64,000 nt of DNA. Source: the human T2T-CHM13v2.0 reference genome, Homo sapiens. The stretch's first letter is position 1. Every line of letters starts with the position of its first letter. Under the pieces are notes generated by a model. That model was not told the origin of the DNA. It made no database searches and saw only the letters and a list, made by a program, of their open reading frames with translations. Location of the stretch: the NCBI RefSeq assembly GCF_009914755.1, contig NC_060947.1; one strand, 5' to 3'. The position numbers and the translations under genes were made by a program. Below, one piece after another: positions 46,408 to 61,718 of this stretch.

Positions 46408-47885
46408 GATACTTATGGACAAAATAAATTTTGTTTAGTTTTAGTTAGATAATGATGATAATCTGTGATTCAGAATGACATATTTTTCTAGTATGAATTC
46501 TTTTAGAAAGATCTAGAAATTACTTATAGCCAATATTTAATACAACTCATAAAATCCAATTAATAAAATTAAGAACTTTAAATAAGATGATTTTTAATTA
46601 ATAGAAGACAATCTCAGATATACCATTTTTGACGTGCCCTGTATTTGTGAAGCATCCTCTTAACCTTGTTTCTGCCATTCCCTGGAGTCTATAATTCCAC
46701 ATAGTATACCTGCTGTAACATGAACAATCGTAACTGCTAAACTGTGACTTATTTAGTAGCCTGTCAAATTTGGCAAACATCCTTGTGATGTGCTGTGAGG
46801 ACCTCATGATGGCACAAGCTATCATTTAGGAAATAAGATAGCAATTAAGAAGTTGAATGATCAATACGGTATCTTTGTTTTATGTACATGTTGTGCCTTT
46901 CCAGCTAGATGAAAAGGCTGGATCTTTGTATCAATAGTGACCCATTTGGTGCTTTATAACAGCCGAAGTCCAATTTTGCATGAATGGAAAGTAAAACAGA
47001 CTTTGGATAATCGTAGCTGCTCACTAGCTATTTTAACTTAAGCAAAGTACTCTGTGAATACAAGTTTCCTCATCTGTAAAATGGAGAGATGACTACATCT
47101 CAAAGATTAATTGTGTGAGAAACTTCTCTAATGCCTGGCAAAGAGTAGGTGCCAAATAAATGGGTAGCCATTTTATTACGAAAATTTTCTAAATCTGTTT
47201 GGAATTTTTTCCTGAAACGATCCTCAGAGTAATAACCTATCCTGCACCTTTCCATCCATCCTCATTAGAAAACCCTTGCTCCCTGTTTCCTTCCATCTTT
47301 CCTCCCTCCTTTCATCTTTCCTCCCTCCTTTGTTCTCTTTCTAGTTCCCTTCCCCTTCTCTCTCCCTCCCTCTTTAAGTCTAATTTAGCAACAGTAATTA
47401 TTTAGGGTCTAAATAGAAATATACTATACTTCATATTTCAGACGAGTCCTGGTTTGTAGAAATCTTGCCTTAAACATATTTTCTTGTGAATATCAGTCAT
47501 TTCCAAATCAGTATTTTACATAGCTCTAAAAGTGCTTGTAACAGGGAGTGTTATAAAAACAATCTTAAGTATTAAATTAAATTCACTTAATTTTAGTGTG
47601 GATGTGTAGATAGAGATTTTGACAAATTTAACAAGTGGAAGAGTAGGACAGTCCTTTCATTAGGTTTGGAGATCACTGACACAGCTATTTAATCTTCTTA
47701 TTAATGTGGATTGATTTAACACCATTCTACATCATAATTTGTTAAGTATCTGAAATATACTTTCATCAACATTTCACAGATTCACTTGACCGAGCTCTTT
47801 ATAAATTTTAATACTGAAAATACTGGATCCTGCCTCAATCTATTGAAATGCTGAGAGAGTAATTAGAGAAGAAAGAACATATTTC

Positions 47886-49811
<1,926 letters not shown>

Positions 49812-51300
49812 CCTAAAATCTGCTCCCAGATTTCTCTGGTGCCTGCTGATGTCTTCTCTGGGGCAATAAGCAAGTGATGTCTCCAGTAAGGAAGGATTTA
49901 CATCCCAACATCAGGCAAACAGAGGCTGAGGCCCAGTGTTCTCCTGTGTTTTTAATTTAACAATCTTAATATATTGGGGAGAAATACTTTGTTTTCCTTT
50001 ACAGCCATCCAGTTTCTTTCCCATACCCCTGATATACTTAATATTCCTGAAGAAAAAATATATAACTGTGCTCATTGGAGGGAGAAAATTCTTCTCAAGC
50101 TGACCTGTCAATATGGATGTATAATTCTTTCACTGCTTTCAACTCTTCTCAGGGCACTAAGATGGCTTTATTTATAGGACTGAATCTTCTTTGCAGAAAT
50201 TACTTCCCATCACAATCTTCCCCAAACCCCAAAGAACAGGAAAAAGCTGTTCCGTAACCTGACTTTTACATATTCCCCAGGATTTGTCTTTCTGCAGAAT
50301 TCCTGATCATCTTTCATGTCACAATTCACATGCCACCTCCATATAATGAAGTTTCCTCTAGCTTTTTGGCTAATTTATTTTTTTTTACCCTTTATTTCTG
50401 CTCCTATTATGCATTTGTTATGTCATCAACAATTATTTGTTTTTATATGTCTCTTATTTTGGCAGGCATTGCTAAATCCATATCTGATGTTGGTTCCTCT
50501 TCCCAACAGGACCCTCATTTTGTTTAGGGCAACAATGTTCTCATCTGAAAAAACTCTTCCGCAAACCTCTTTTGCTATGGACATAAATTTTCTTTAGCTT
50601 CACCCTCCTCCTATGTACTTGAAACTGTTTCCCCAAGTATTTTTTACGTGTATTATCATACTTATTTATTTGGACAATAAGACGTTTAATATCACAAACA
50701 TATATGCGTGTATATATATGTTTGTGATTTTACATATATTTATATATATAAAATTGCTCTCTTTGTCTTTCCAGCTTATTTAAAACAAAATTACATAAAG
50801 AAATAGCTATAAAAAGATATTGTTGAGATTGTAACATAAATATACAATAAATATAACATTAGTACCACACAAAGGAGGAAAAGGGGAGTAAAGTTATGTA
50901 AGAGTAACAGTTCTATAAACAGCGTAAAGGAGGAAATAATTACACAAATTAAAATGTCAGTGGAAAATACTTACTTAGTACCAAAGAACATAGTAAAGGT
51001 GGAATAAAGAATAAAAATACATGAGCCAAACATAAAACAAAATATAAAAGAGCAGATATAAATTCAAATATGTCAATTCTAGCACTAAATATGAAAATAT
51101 TAAACAAGTATCAAATAAAAAGGCAAGGACTGCCTACTAGATATTAAAACAACAGCAAAAACTGAAATATCTACCACAAACAATCTACAAAAGTAGCTTA
51201 AATCCAGAGAAACAGGATAAAAGTAAGAGGATAAAAAACTTGCAAACAGGAAACATAAGAAAGCTGGAGTGATGATATAACAATTAGACAAAATATACAT

Positions 51301-54300
51301 TTTTAAAAACTTTTATTTTAGGTTCAGGGGTACATGTGCAGGTTTGTTACATAGGAAAATCTGCCTGTCACATGGATTTGATGTACAGATTGACACTCAG
51401 TTAATAAGTGTAGTACCCAACAAGTAGTTTTCAATCCTCACCCTCCTCCCAACCTCCATCCTCAAGTAGTACGCAAAGTCTGTTGTCCCCTTCTTTGTGT
51501 CCATGTGTATTCTATGTTTAGCTCCTAGTTATAAATGAGAACATGTAGTATTGATTTTCTGTTTCTGCATCAGTTTGCTTAGGATAATGGCTTCCAGCTA
51601 CAATCAAGGTTGCCGCAAAGGCCATGATCACATTCTTTTTTATGGCTGTGTAGTATTCCATGGTATATATGTACCACATTTTCTTTATCCAGTCTAGTGT
51701 TGATGGGTGTTTAGGTTGATTTCATGTGTTTGCTATGGTTAATAGTGACAGACACATGCGTGTGTCATTATGGTAGAATGATGTATATTCCTTTGGCTAT
51801 ATACCCAATAATGGGATTGCTGGGTCAAATGGTATTTCTTTTTTAAATTATTGGAGAAATACCAAACTGGTTTCCACAGTGGCTGAACTAATTTAAACTC
51901 CAACCAGCAGTGCATAAGTGTTCTGTTTTCTTTGTAACCTCAACAGCATTGGTTATTATTTGACTTTTTAGTAGTAGCCATTCTGACTGGTGTGAGATGG
52001 TATCTCATCGTGGTTTTGATTTACATTTCTCTAATGATTAGTGATGTTGAGAATTTTTATATGCTTGTTGGCTGCATGAATGTCTTATTTTGAGAAATGT
52101 CTGTTCATATCCTTTGCCCATTTTTTAATATTAGACTTTTGTCAGATACGTAGTTTGAAAATATATTTTCCCATTCTGTAGGTTGTATTTTTACTCTGTT
52201 GATAGTTAATTTTGCTGTATAGAAGCTCTTTAGTTTAATTAGGTCTCATTTGTCAATTTTCATTTTTGTTGCAATTGCTTTTGGTGTCTTCATCATGAAA
52301 TCTTTGCCAGGGCTTATCTCCATAATGCTATTTCTTAGGTTATTTTCCAGGATTTTTAGTTTTAGGCTTTACATTTTAATCTGTAAGGCATCTTGAGTTG
52401 ATTTTTGTATGTTGTGTAAGGAAAGGGTCTAACTTCAATTTTCTGCATATGGCTAGCCAATTATCCTAGCACTATTTGTTGAATAGGGAGTCCTTTCCCT
52501 ATTGCTTGTCTTTGTCAATTTTGTCAAAGATCAGATCATTGTAGATGTGTGGCTTTATTTCTGGACTCTCTAGTCTGTTCCATTGGTCTATGTATCTGTT
52601 TTTCTACCAGTACCAAGCTGTCTTCATTACTGTATTCTTGTAGTATAGTTTGAAGTTGGATAATGTGATGCCTCCAAGTTTGTTCTTTTTGGTTAGGATT
52701 GTCTTGGCTATTTGGGCTCTTTTTATGGTTCCATATGAATTTTAAAATAGTATTCTAATTTTGTGAAGAATGTCAGTGGTAGTGTGATAGGAATGGCATT
52801 GAATCTGTACATTGCTTTGGTCATTTTAACAGTATTGATTCTTTCAATTCATGAGCACAGAATATTTTTCTATTTGTTTGTGTCATCATTGATTTCCTTC
52901 ACTAACGTTTTGTAATTCTCATTGTGGAGATCTTTCACCTCCCTGGTTAACTGTATTTCCAGGTGTTTTATTCCTTTTGAGGCTATTGTGATTGGGATCA
53001 CGTTCCTGATTTGGCTCTCAGCTTAGACATTGTTGTTGTATAGAAAAGCTACTGATTTTTATACATTGATTGTGGATCCTGAAGCTTTGCTGAAGTTGTT
53101 TATCCAATCTAGGTGTATTTGGGCAGAGACTATGGGGCTTTCTAGGTATAGAATCATATCATCTAAAAACAGAGATAGTTTGACTTTATCTCTTCCTCTT
53201 TGGATGTCTTTTATTTATTTCTCTTGCTTGATTGCTCTGGCTAGGACTTCTAGCACTACACTGAATAGAAGTTGTGGGAATAGAAATTCTTGTTTTGATC
53301 CAATTTTAAAGATAAATACTTCCAGCTCTTTCCTGTTCAGCATGATGTTGGCTGTGGGTTTATCATAGATGGCTCTTATTATTTTGATCTTATTATTTTG
53401 AGATGTGTTTCTTCAATGCCTAGTTTATTGAGGGCTTTTAAACATGAAGGGATGTGGAATTATATTGAAAGCCTTTTCTGCATCTATTGAGATTATTATG
53501 TTTTATATTGTTAGTTATATTTATGTGATGGATCACATTTATTGATTTGTGTATGTTGAACCAACCTGTGTCTCTTGGGATAAAGCCTACTTGAACATGA
53601 TGGATTAGCTTTCTGATGTGCTGTTGGATATGGCTTGCTAGTAATTTGCTAAGAATCTTTGCATTTATGTCCATCAAGGATATTGGCCTGAAGTTTTCTT
53701 TTTTGTTGTATGTCTGCCAGGTTTTGGTATTAGAATGATCCTGACCTTGTTGAATGAGTTAGGGAGGAGTCACTCCCCCTCAATTTTTTGGAATAGTTTC
53801 AGTAAGAATGGTGCCAGCTCTCTTTTATACATCTGGTAGAATTTGGCTGTAAATCTTTTTGGTTCTGGGCTTTTTCTGGTTGGTAGGGTTTCTACTACTG
53901 ATTAAATTTCAGAACTCAATACTGGTCTGTTCAGGGTTTCACTTTCTTTCTGGTTCAATAATGGGATGTTGTATGTTTCCAGGAATTTATCTATTTCTTG
54001 TAGGCCTTCTATTTTTGTGTACAGAAGTGTTTGTAATATAAGTTTTTTTTTGTATTTCTGTGGGGTATGTGTTAATGTCCCCTTTATCATTTTGGATTGC
54101 ATCCATTTGGATCTTCTCTTTTTTTCTTTCTTACTCTAGCTAATGGTCCATCAATCTTATTTATTCCTTCAAATAACCAGTTCATGGATTTGTTTATATT
54201 TTGTATGGTTTTCCATGTCTCAATTTCATTCACTTCAGCTGTGATTTTGGTTATTTCTGGTCTTCTGTTAGCTTTGGGGTTGGTTTGCTGTTTTTCTAGT

Positions 54301-55680
54301 TCCTCTAGTTATGATGTTTGGTTGTTAATTTGAGACCTTTCTAAGTTTTCAATGTGGGTGTTTAGCACTATAAAATTTCTGCTTAATACTGTATTAGCTG
54401 TGTCCTAGAGAGTCTGCTATGTTGTATTTTTTTCTCATTAGTTATAAAGAAATTTTTGATTTCTCCTTAATTTCATTTTTTACCCAAAAGTCATTCAGGA
54501 GCAGGTTAATTTCCATTTAATTATATGGTTTTGAGCAACCTTCTTAGTATTGATTTCTATTTTTATTGTGCTGTGGTCTGATGGTGTTTTGTTTGATTTT
54601 GTTTTAATTTACTGATAATTTTTCTATGGCCAATTGTATGGTCAGTTTTAGAGTATATGCCATGTGCAGATGAGAGGAATGTATACTCTGATGTTTGGGA
54701 GTGGAGAGTTCTGTATATGTCTGTTAGGTCCATTTGGTTAGGTTTTTGAGTTTAGGACCCGAATATCTTTGTTAGTTTTCTGCCTCAGTGGTCTGTCTGA
54801 TAATGTCAGTGGGATGTTGATGTCTCCCATTATTAGTGTGTTTATCTAAGTCTCTTTGTAGGTCTCAAAGAACCTGTTTTATAAATCTGGGTGCTCCTGT
54901 TTTGGGTACATATACAAAGGCTTATCTCAGCACTCCTGGGCTGTGTGCTGTAACTCTGGGAGCTGGTAGTGGGCCCCAGGTTTGTTCTCTGGCCCCTCAA
55001 GATTAGGAACATCCGTGCTGGAGGGACTGAAGTGTTCCTGGTCTGCTGGCCACAACATTCCTATTGGGGGTGCTGTCAAAAGCACCTCATCGGGGCCAGG
55101 GTGGTGGGATGCACTTGTACTAGCAGTGGTGGTGTAGTGGGGTGCACATGGACACTAATGCCAGCAGGGGAGGAGAGGGGAGATCTGCCTGCACACATGT
55201 CCTGGCAAAGCAGTGGAACAAGTTGTGGGTGAGTACATGCCAGCAAAGTGGCAGGGGAAGGCTGTGATGGGGGGAGAGTGCAGGTGGGCTGGTACATTTC
55301 AGTGGAAGCTGGTCTGCTATAGTTCCTTGATGGTCAGGCACAGTCTGACAGTGAAGGAGCTATGATAAGGGCCCCCAGGAAGCACCCTGGTTGGGCATCC
55401 AAGGCTGTGGTGCAAGCAGGCATGGCCAGACTAGGGCTACTGGAAATGACAGTAGACAGGAAGTTGCTCAGATCAGACTAGTCCTGTCCTATGAGCAAGA
55501 CAGCCCTGCTCTGCCCAAGTCTAATAGTTACCCAAAGGCTAAATTATTCTAGAGGATCACTGTAAGCCTTGGAGTGTGGGGATCCCAAGTTGTGCTCAAC
55601 TGTGGCAGTCCCCATGCCAAACCCTCGGGGCTCTACACAGCCTGGAGTCCTGCCCCTTCCTCCTAAGCGGCTCTCCCTGC
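51301..55680 (-). mobile_element. Old L1PA (PA15/16-like): 3'UTR+ORF2 to ~54915, then a 5'UTR-like block
   Basis: ORF2 RT peptide ([21 protein letters not shown]); ORF1 not seen. Confidence 0.8.
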
Positions 55681-55840
55681 CATCATTAGCTTATTTAATC
55701 CCCACAATGTGATTCTCTCAGTTAAATACAATTGTTATCTCCATTTTACATGTAATTAAACTGAGCTACAGAGCAATTAAGGAAATTGCCCATGGTCTCA
55801 GGTAGTAAGTGCCGGTTCTGAAATTTGAACTAGGAAGACC

Positions 55841-56509
55841 TTAGAATTTGTGCTCTTTTGGGGTTGCTCTTCTTGAGGAGTATCTTTGTGGTGTTCTCTG
55901 TATTTCCTGAATTTGAATGTTGGCCTGTCTTGCTAGGTTGGGGAAGTTCTCTTGGATAACATCCTGAAGTGTGTTTTCCAACTTCGTTCCATTCTCCCCG
56001 TCGCTTTCAGGTACACCAATCAAATGTAGGTTTGGTCTTTTCACATAGTCCCATATTTCTTGGAGGCTTTGTTCGTTCCTTTTCATTCTTTTTTCTCTAA
56101 TCTTGTGTTCGTACTTTATTTTATTAAGTTGATCTTCAAACTCTGATATCCTTTCTTCTGCTTGATGGATTGTGCTGTTGGTACTTGTGTATGCTTCACA
56201 AAGTTCTCGTGCTGTGTTTTTCAGCTCCATCAGGTCATTTATGTTCTTCTCTAAACTGGTTATTCTAGTTAACAGTTCCTCTAACCTTTTATCAAGGTTC
56301 TTAGCTTCCTTGCATTGGGTTAGACCATGCTCCTTTAGCTCAGAGGAGTTTGTTATTATCCACCTTCTGAAGCCTACTTCTGTCAATTGGTCAAACTCAT
56401 TCTCCATCCAGTTTTGTTCCCTTGCTGGCGAGGAGTTGTGATACTTTGGAGGAGAAGAGGCATTCTGGTTTTTGAAATTTTCAGCCTTTTTGCACTGATT
56501 TTTTCTCAT
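55841..56509 (-). pseudogene. Truncated L1 ORF1p reading frame (222 aa; last residues come from the TSD)
   Basis: MRKNQCKKAEN...coiled coil...EIWDYVKRPNL...QENFPNL. Confidence 0.85.
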
Positions 56510-57849
56510 CTTCGTGGATTTATGTACCTTTGGTTTTTGCCATTGGTGACCTTTGGATGGAGTTTTTGTGTGGACGTCCTTTTTGTTGATGTTGGTGCTA
56601 TTGCTTTCTGTTTGTTAGTTTTCCTTCTAACAGGCCCCTCTTCTGCAGGTCTGCTGGAGTTTGCTGGGGGTCCACTCCAGACCCTGTTTGCCTGGGTATC
56701 ACCAGCGGAGGCTGCAGAACAGCAAAATTGCTGCCTGCTCCTTCCTCTGGCAGCTTTGTCCCAGAGGGGCACCCGCCAGAAGCCAGCCTAAGCCCTCCCG
56801 CATGAGGTGTCTGTTGACCCCTGCTGGGAGGTGTCTTCCAGTCAGCAGGCACGAGGGTCAGAGACCCACTTGAGGAGGCAGTCTGTCCCTTAGCAGAGCT
56901 CGAGCACTGTGCTGGGAGATCTGCTGCTCTCTTCAGAGGCGGCAGGCAGGAAAGTTTAAGTCTGCTGAAGCTGTGCCCACAGCTGCCTCTTTCCCCAGGT
57001 GCTCTGTCCCAGGGAGATGGGAATTTTATCTATAAGCCCCTGACTGGGGCTGCTGCTGCATTTCCTTCAGAGATGCTCGGCCCAGAGAGGAAGAATCTAG
57101 AGAGGCAGTCCAGCTACAGCAGCTTTGCAGTGCTGCTGTGAGCTCTGCCCAGTCTAAACTTTCTGGAGGCTTATTTTACACTGTGAGGGGAAAACAGCCT
57201 CCTCAAGCCTCAGTAATGGCAGACGCCCCTCCCCCACTAAGAGCCAGTGTCCCAGGTCAACTTCATACTGCTGTGCTGGCAGTGAGAATTTCAAGCCAAT
57301 GGATCTTAGCTTGCTGGGCTCTGTGGGGGTGGAATCTGCTGAGTGAGACCACTTGGCTCCCTGGCGTCAGCCCCTTTCCAGGGGAGTAAACCGTTCTGTC
57401 TCACTGGCATTCCAGGTGCCACTGGGGTATGAAAAAAAACTCCTGCAGCTAGCTTGGTGTCTGCCCAAATGGCCACCCAGTTTTGTGCTTGAAACCTAGG
57501 GCTCTGGTGGCATAGGCACCTGAGGGAATCTCCTGGTCTGTGGGTTGCGAATACCATGGGGAAAGTGTAGTGTCTGGGCTGGAACGCACCATCCCTCACG
57601 GCAAGGTCCATCACGGCTTCCCTTGGCTAGGGGAGGGAGTTTCCCGACCACTTGTGCTTCCCAGGTGAGGTGACACCCCACCCTGCTTCGGCTTGCCTTC
57701 TGTGGGCTGCACCCACTGTCTAACCAGTCCCAATGAGATGAACTGGGTACCTCAGTTGGGAATGCAGAAATCACCCACCTTCTCCATTGATCTCGCTGGG
57801 AGCTACAGACCAGAGCTGTTCCTATTCGGCCATCTTGCCTGGGAATTCA
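55860..57849 (-). mobile_element. L1PA7/8-like 5'UTR + N-terminal ORF1 only, inserted in a MIR
   Basis: YY1 site caagatggccg at 57827-57837; ORF1 56509-55841; 15-bp TSD aatttgtgctctttt. Confidence 0.92.
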
Positions 57850-59093
57850 AATTTGTGCTCTTTTAACCACCATGATATATGATACCTTTTTACATTGAGA
57901 AAGGCCACATGGTAAGGAATGTTAATATGGGAAGCTAGCAGGAGCTCACTGGTCTTTGAAGGCATTGTCAACCTATTAAGACAGATCTGGAATACCTATC
58001 CTTGGGATTTTAATTGCATAAGATAAACTCTTACCTACCTAATCCACTGAAGCAGGACTTTTTGTTATTTACATTCAAATGTAATCTTGATGGACCCTGA
58101 TTAAGCTGATGGCACTTCCATAACCAGTTCTCTTCTTTTTATAAATTAATGTGCCTAACAGAGTGTTGGCATTCAAGAGTATTAAAAATATCTGATATTA
58201 GGTGCTTTCCAGGCATCATACACTATGTTACTCCCCATACATATGTTGTTATCTCCCTATATGGCCACTGCAAAACTAAGAGGGAGGTAGGCAGTATATA
58301 GTTTTTAAGATTTAGAAAACTTCCATTCCATGACAGTCAACCTGTTCCAAGGCAAAGTTTTCTTGTGATGGTAATTGATTTCTTTCATTCCGTATCCTGT
58401 GCCTTTGAATCTCAGGGGCTTCTGCCTTTCCGAAGGAAGAACATCTAAGTTATTGTTTCCATTAAGTAATATTTTCCTTTCTCCAAAGGAAATGATGAAT
58501 CTAAACAGATAAAACAGCTCACTCCAAATGTACCTGATACCACATGAGTTCTCAATGTATTTGAATTATAGCAATGTGTTAATTACCGATAGCTAAATCA
58601 GAAGCTACATCTCTAGGGATGTATGTATTTCAAAAAACTTCTGTGGTAATGATAATTCTTCCTTCTGAAAGCTGAATGAATGATGCTGACAAGTAGTATT
58701 CCAGAATGTCAGAAAACATGTGGTGTGGGCAATTTGGTTAGGAACCACAAATGATTTTCTACTGTCTATATGTAAATTTATCTCTAATCATAGAGTGTTT
58801 GCTTCATTGTTAAATATTCTATTGTTTTCCAAATATTGGCATATTTTTTCATATATTTTATTTGCCTATTAAAATTGAAAAATAAGGCAGGCATTTTCTA
58901 TTTTAATCAAACCCTATAGGTCAATACTCATTTGATAATATCTCACTTAGCATTTTTCTGTTTTTGGAGTTTAATTTTAATAGTTTATTTAATGCAATCA
59001 CATTTTTACCTTAACTCTTATTTTGGATATTAACAAAAAGAAATACAATTAAAATGTGGAAAATGTCTTATTTTCTCTCTACATTTTCCGTAG

Positions 59094-59224
59094 GCACTGT
59101 TGAAGCATATTCCTCACTGGAATGTGAAGTAACTTGGCAGCAGGGCTTCAGTTCTCCAGAAGAAGGAGAATTTATTCTTCATGTCTTTCAAGGAAACGCG
59201 TTGAAGCTAAAATGTGTTGCACAT
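59094..59224 (+). CDS. CFAP47: CFAP47 exon (~16), internal form: GTVEAYSSLECEV...KLKCVAH
   Basis: ttttccgtag acceptor; weak CAT|gtaatt donor gives a phase-0 join to the next exon. Confidence 0.88.
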
Positions 59225-59311
59225 GTAATTATTTTCCTTGAACATGGTTTTTGTTTTGAGGGCTATGAATTTGTTGGGTATACACTGGTGTATATAGTTA
59301 CCTATATCTAG
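59225..59311 (+). CDS. CFAP47: Read-through C-terminus of the short CXorf22-type isoform: VIIFLEHGFCFEGYEFVGYTLVYIVTYI*
   Basis: Open frame continues past the donor to TAG at 59309-59311; matches recalled CXorf22 C-terminus. Confidence 0.8.
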   Translation, partial: VIIFLEHGFCFEGYEFVGYTLVYIVTYI

Positions 59312-59891
59312 AATTAACTGTAAAACCCAAGACTTTCATGCAACAGTACTAGTTTTTTTGTTAGAGCCTCTATAAATATGTAATATCATCATGGGAGCCA
59401 TTGAAATGAAATTATTTTATTAAGAGACACAAAAAGTATTTTCAGAGAATATACTTGATGGATTAAAAATGTGAGTAGAGGGAAAGCTGTAATATGCAAT
59501 TTTAACCTTTTTCTGGTACAGTCCAGAGGGCCTTAAATTCATGACTCAATCACCAAGCATGATTTTACATGTGTACCAAATTTCCCACTCAATGTTCTTA
59601 GAAATATTAAAGAAGCCAAATGCTCTTTTACTAAACCCCATCTATATTTCTAGGACATGATGATACTCTTACATATTTCAGCTGTGGAGGAGTTTTTAGC
59701 CTCAAGAGATGAGAAATTCATCTACTTTTAGTGATGGCAAGTGACAGAACTCAGTATGGTTTTTCTTCTAAGCCTAAAATAAGCTGGGTCCTACTACTTT
59801 TCATTATGTGTAAATTAGTTTTATTTTTTAAAAACTTTCTATTGAAGTATAACATGCATATGTATATGTATATGTGGAGAAACATGAAGTG

Positions 59892-59901
59892 ATTAAATAA
59901 A
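59892..59901 (+). terminator. Candidate intronic polyadenylation signal (overlapping ATTAAA/AATAAA) for the short isoform
   Basis: gATTAAATAAA followed by U/GU-rich tttgtttgt, about 580 nt after the stop. Confidence 0.6.
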
Positions 59902-61595
59902 ATATTCATTTGTTTGTCATTCATATACGAAGGCCTGATTGGTCTGTTTACTCTTCTGTTAGTTTTGTTTGAAAATTTATTATTCCAATTACCTGGATAA
60001 TATTCTTCAAATAAATGTAATTATAGAGTATATTAAAACCTATGACAATAACAAATAATATTTCATATGTGAAGACAATAGGGTCTGATATAAAGAACAC
60101 ATAATGAGAAGTTGGAAAACTTGGATTCTAGTTCCCCTTTGGCTACTGCTTGCTTTCCTGAAAAATCGAAGAGGTGGATGATACCAACATTTCCAAAAAT
60201 CAGTCTATGTTGCACTAGTTCTGTGAGGTGCTTTGTGTGAGATGAGGAGGGGGAGTCCTGACCTTAAGTAATTCTGTGAATCCCCATTTTTCGATAAGCA
60301 AAGTGCTCATTATCAGTATGTTAAGCCCCATGAGTAGACTTCTAGTAGAAACATGCCTGAATAATTTCATTTGACACCTTCTTTTCCATACTTAGGTGAG
60401 CCTTCAACTCTTTCCTTTTGCACTGCACATGGTAACACCTTGTACATAGTTGTTTAGATACTGTCTAAGATCCCTTTCAGTGATTAATCTACACAATTCT
60501 TAGTCATGGGTCTACTTTCTTAATAGAATTATCTTATTCCTTTTGCCTTACCTAGTTTGGGAGTATATTTTAAATATTCCATTCATTTTCCTTTCTCTTA
60601 AGCACTCCACAAAATCTGGTAACACTTTTTATTTTAAAAGTCACTATGAAGCTGAAAAAAATTGTGTCATGTCTTAAAGTGAAAAATATATTTTTTATAG
60701 CTTCATTACCTTCTCTTCTTTCCCCATGAGGAGAATTGACTTTACTTCCTTGTTCATAGTTAGGAGTTTTTTCAACTGTAAAGAGACCACACAAGATTGA
60801 CACATTAAAAACTGCATATGTTTGTTGAAATATATTTATACATGTTTTGTGGAGCTGGCGAATGTTATGTAATCATTGTATGACTTAGACAAAATACTTA
60901 ATCACCCGAAATTTTGGTTTCTTCCACTGTAAAATGTGATAGTACCATCCATTCATTCATTTAACATTTATTTATTGAGCCCCTACACTGTACTAGGCCC
61001 CATATAGGCTCTGTGTATTTAAAGATGGATAACATAAGCATAGTCTAGCTTCCCTCTGAGCACTTTCTGGACTAGTAGACCATAGTGGAAATGTAAGTAA
61101 AAATTAATCATATATCTGGTTAATACTGGGTACACAATAATATTATTATTACTATTATCCCCATTATTTATGATTACCACCAGTATCTAGATATTTTACC
61201 TAAAAATATCTAAATATCTAAATTCTAAATATCTAAATATTTAGTTACTATTACAGCCAAAATATCTAAATAAAATATCTCCTGTGATGTTATTACCCCA
61301 TCTTAACTAGATTATCACAGATTTAGTTTAAATTTTGGAAAATAAAATTATTATACCTTGGGTACTTTTTCATCAAAACTAGCATATAAAGTCCTGATTT
61401 GTGATTTATTTTGCATGTTAGAACATACTGAATAAAGAATATAGGAGTATTATAATTTTTATTTTCTTTTAGTATTTATATCTTTGGTTAATATATATTC
61501 AAAATTAGAATATTTTTGTGACCAAAACAATTAAACAAAGTATTTTATTTACCATTAATTCAATTGTGTTTTTTCTTTCCTCCTCTCGTTATTAG

Positions 61596-61718
61596 CTTGG
61601 TCGCACCAAGGTTTTACTTTTGCAGCCAAGGATACTCTTTAGTAATTGCCCTCAAGGTTTAACAACTTGGAGGAAAGCCATTCTTCAAAATGTAGGACAA
61701 AACCATGCTTATTTCAAG
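61596..61718 (+). CDS. CFAP47: CFAP47 long-isoform exon (~17): LGRTKVLLLQPRILFSNC...NHAYFK
   Basis: Strong polypyrimidine tract + tag, AAG|gtaaca donor, 123 nt open frame. Confidence 0.9.

Noticed and set aside
46620-46830. Higher-complexity unique-looking stretch (cryptic exon or ncRNA?)
   Set aside because: No convincing splice sites, RNA-gene motif or frame link is visible
53374-53401. 14-bp tandem duplication in L1
   Set aside because: Ordinary slippage event
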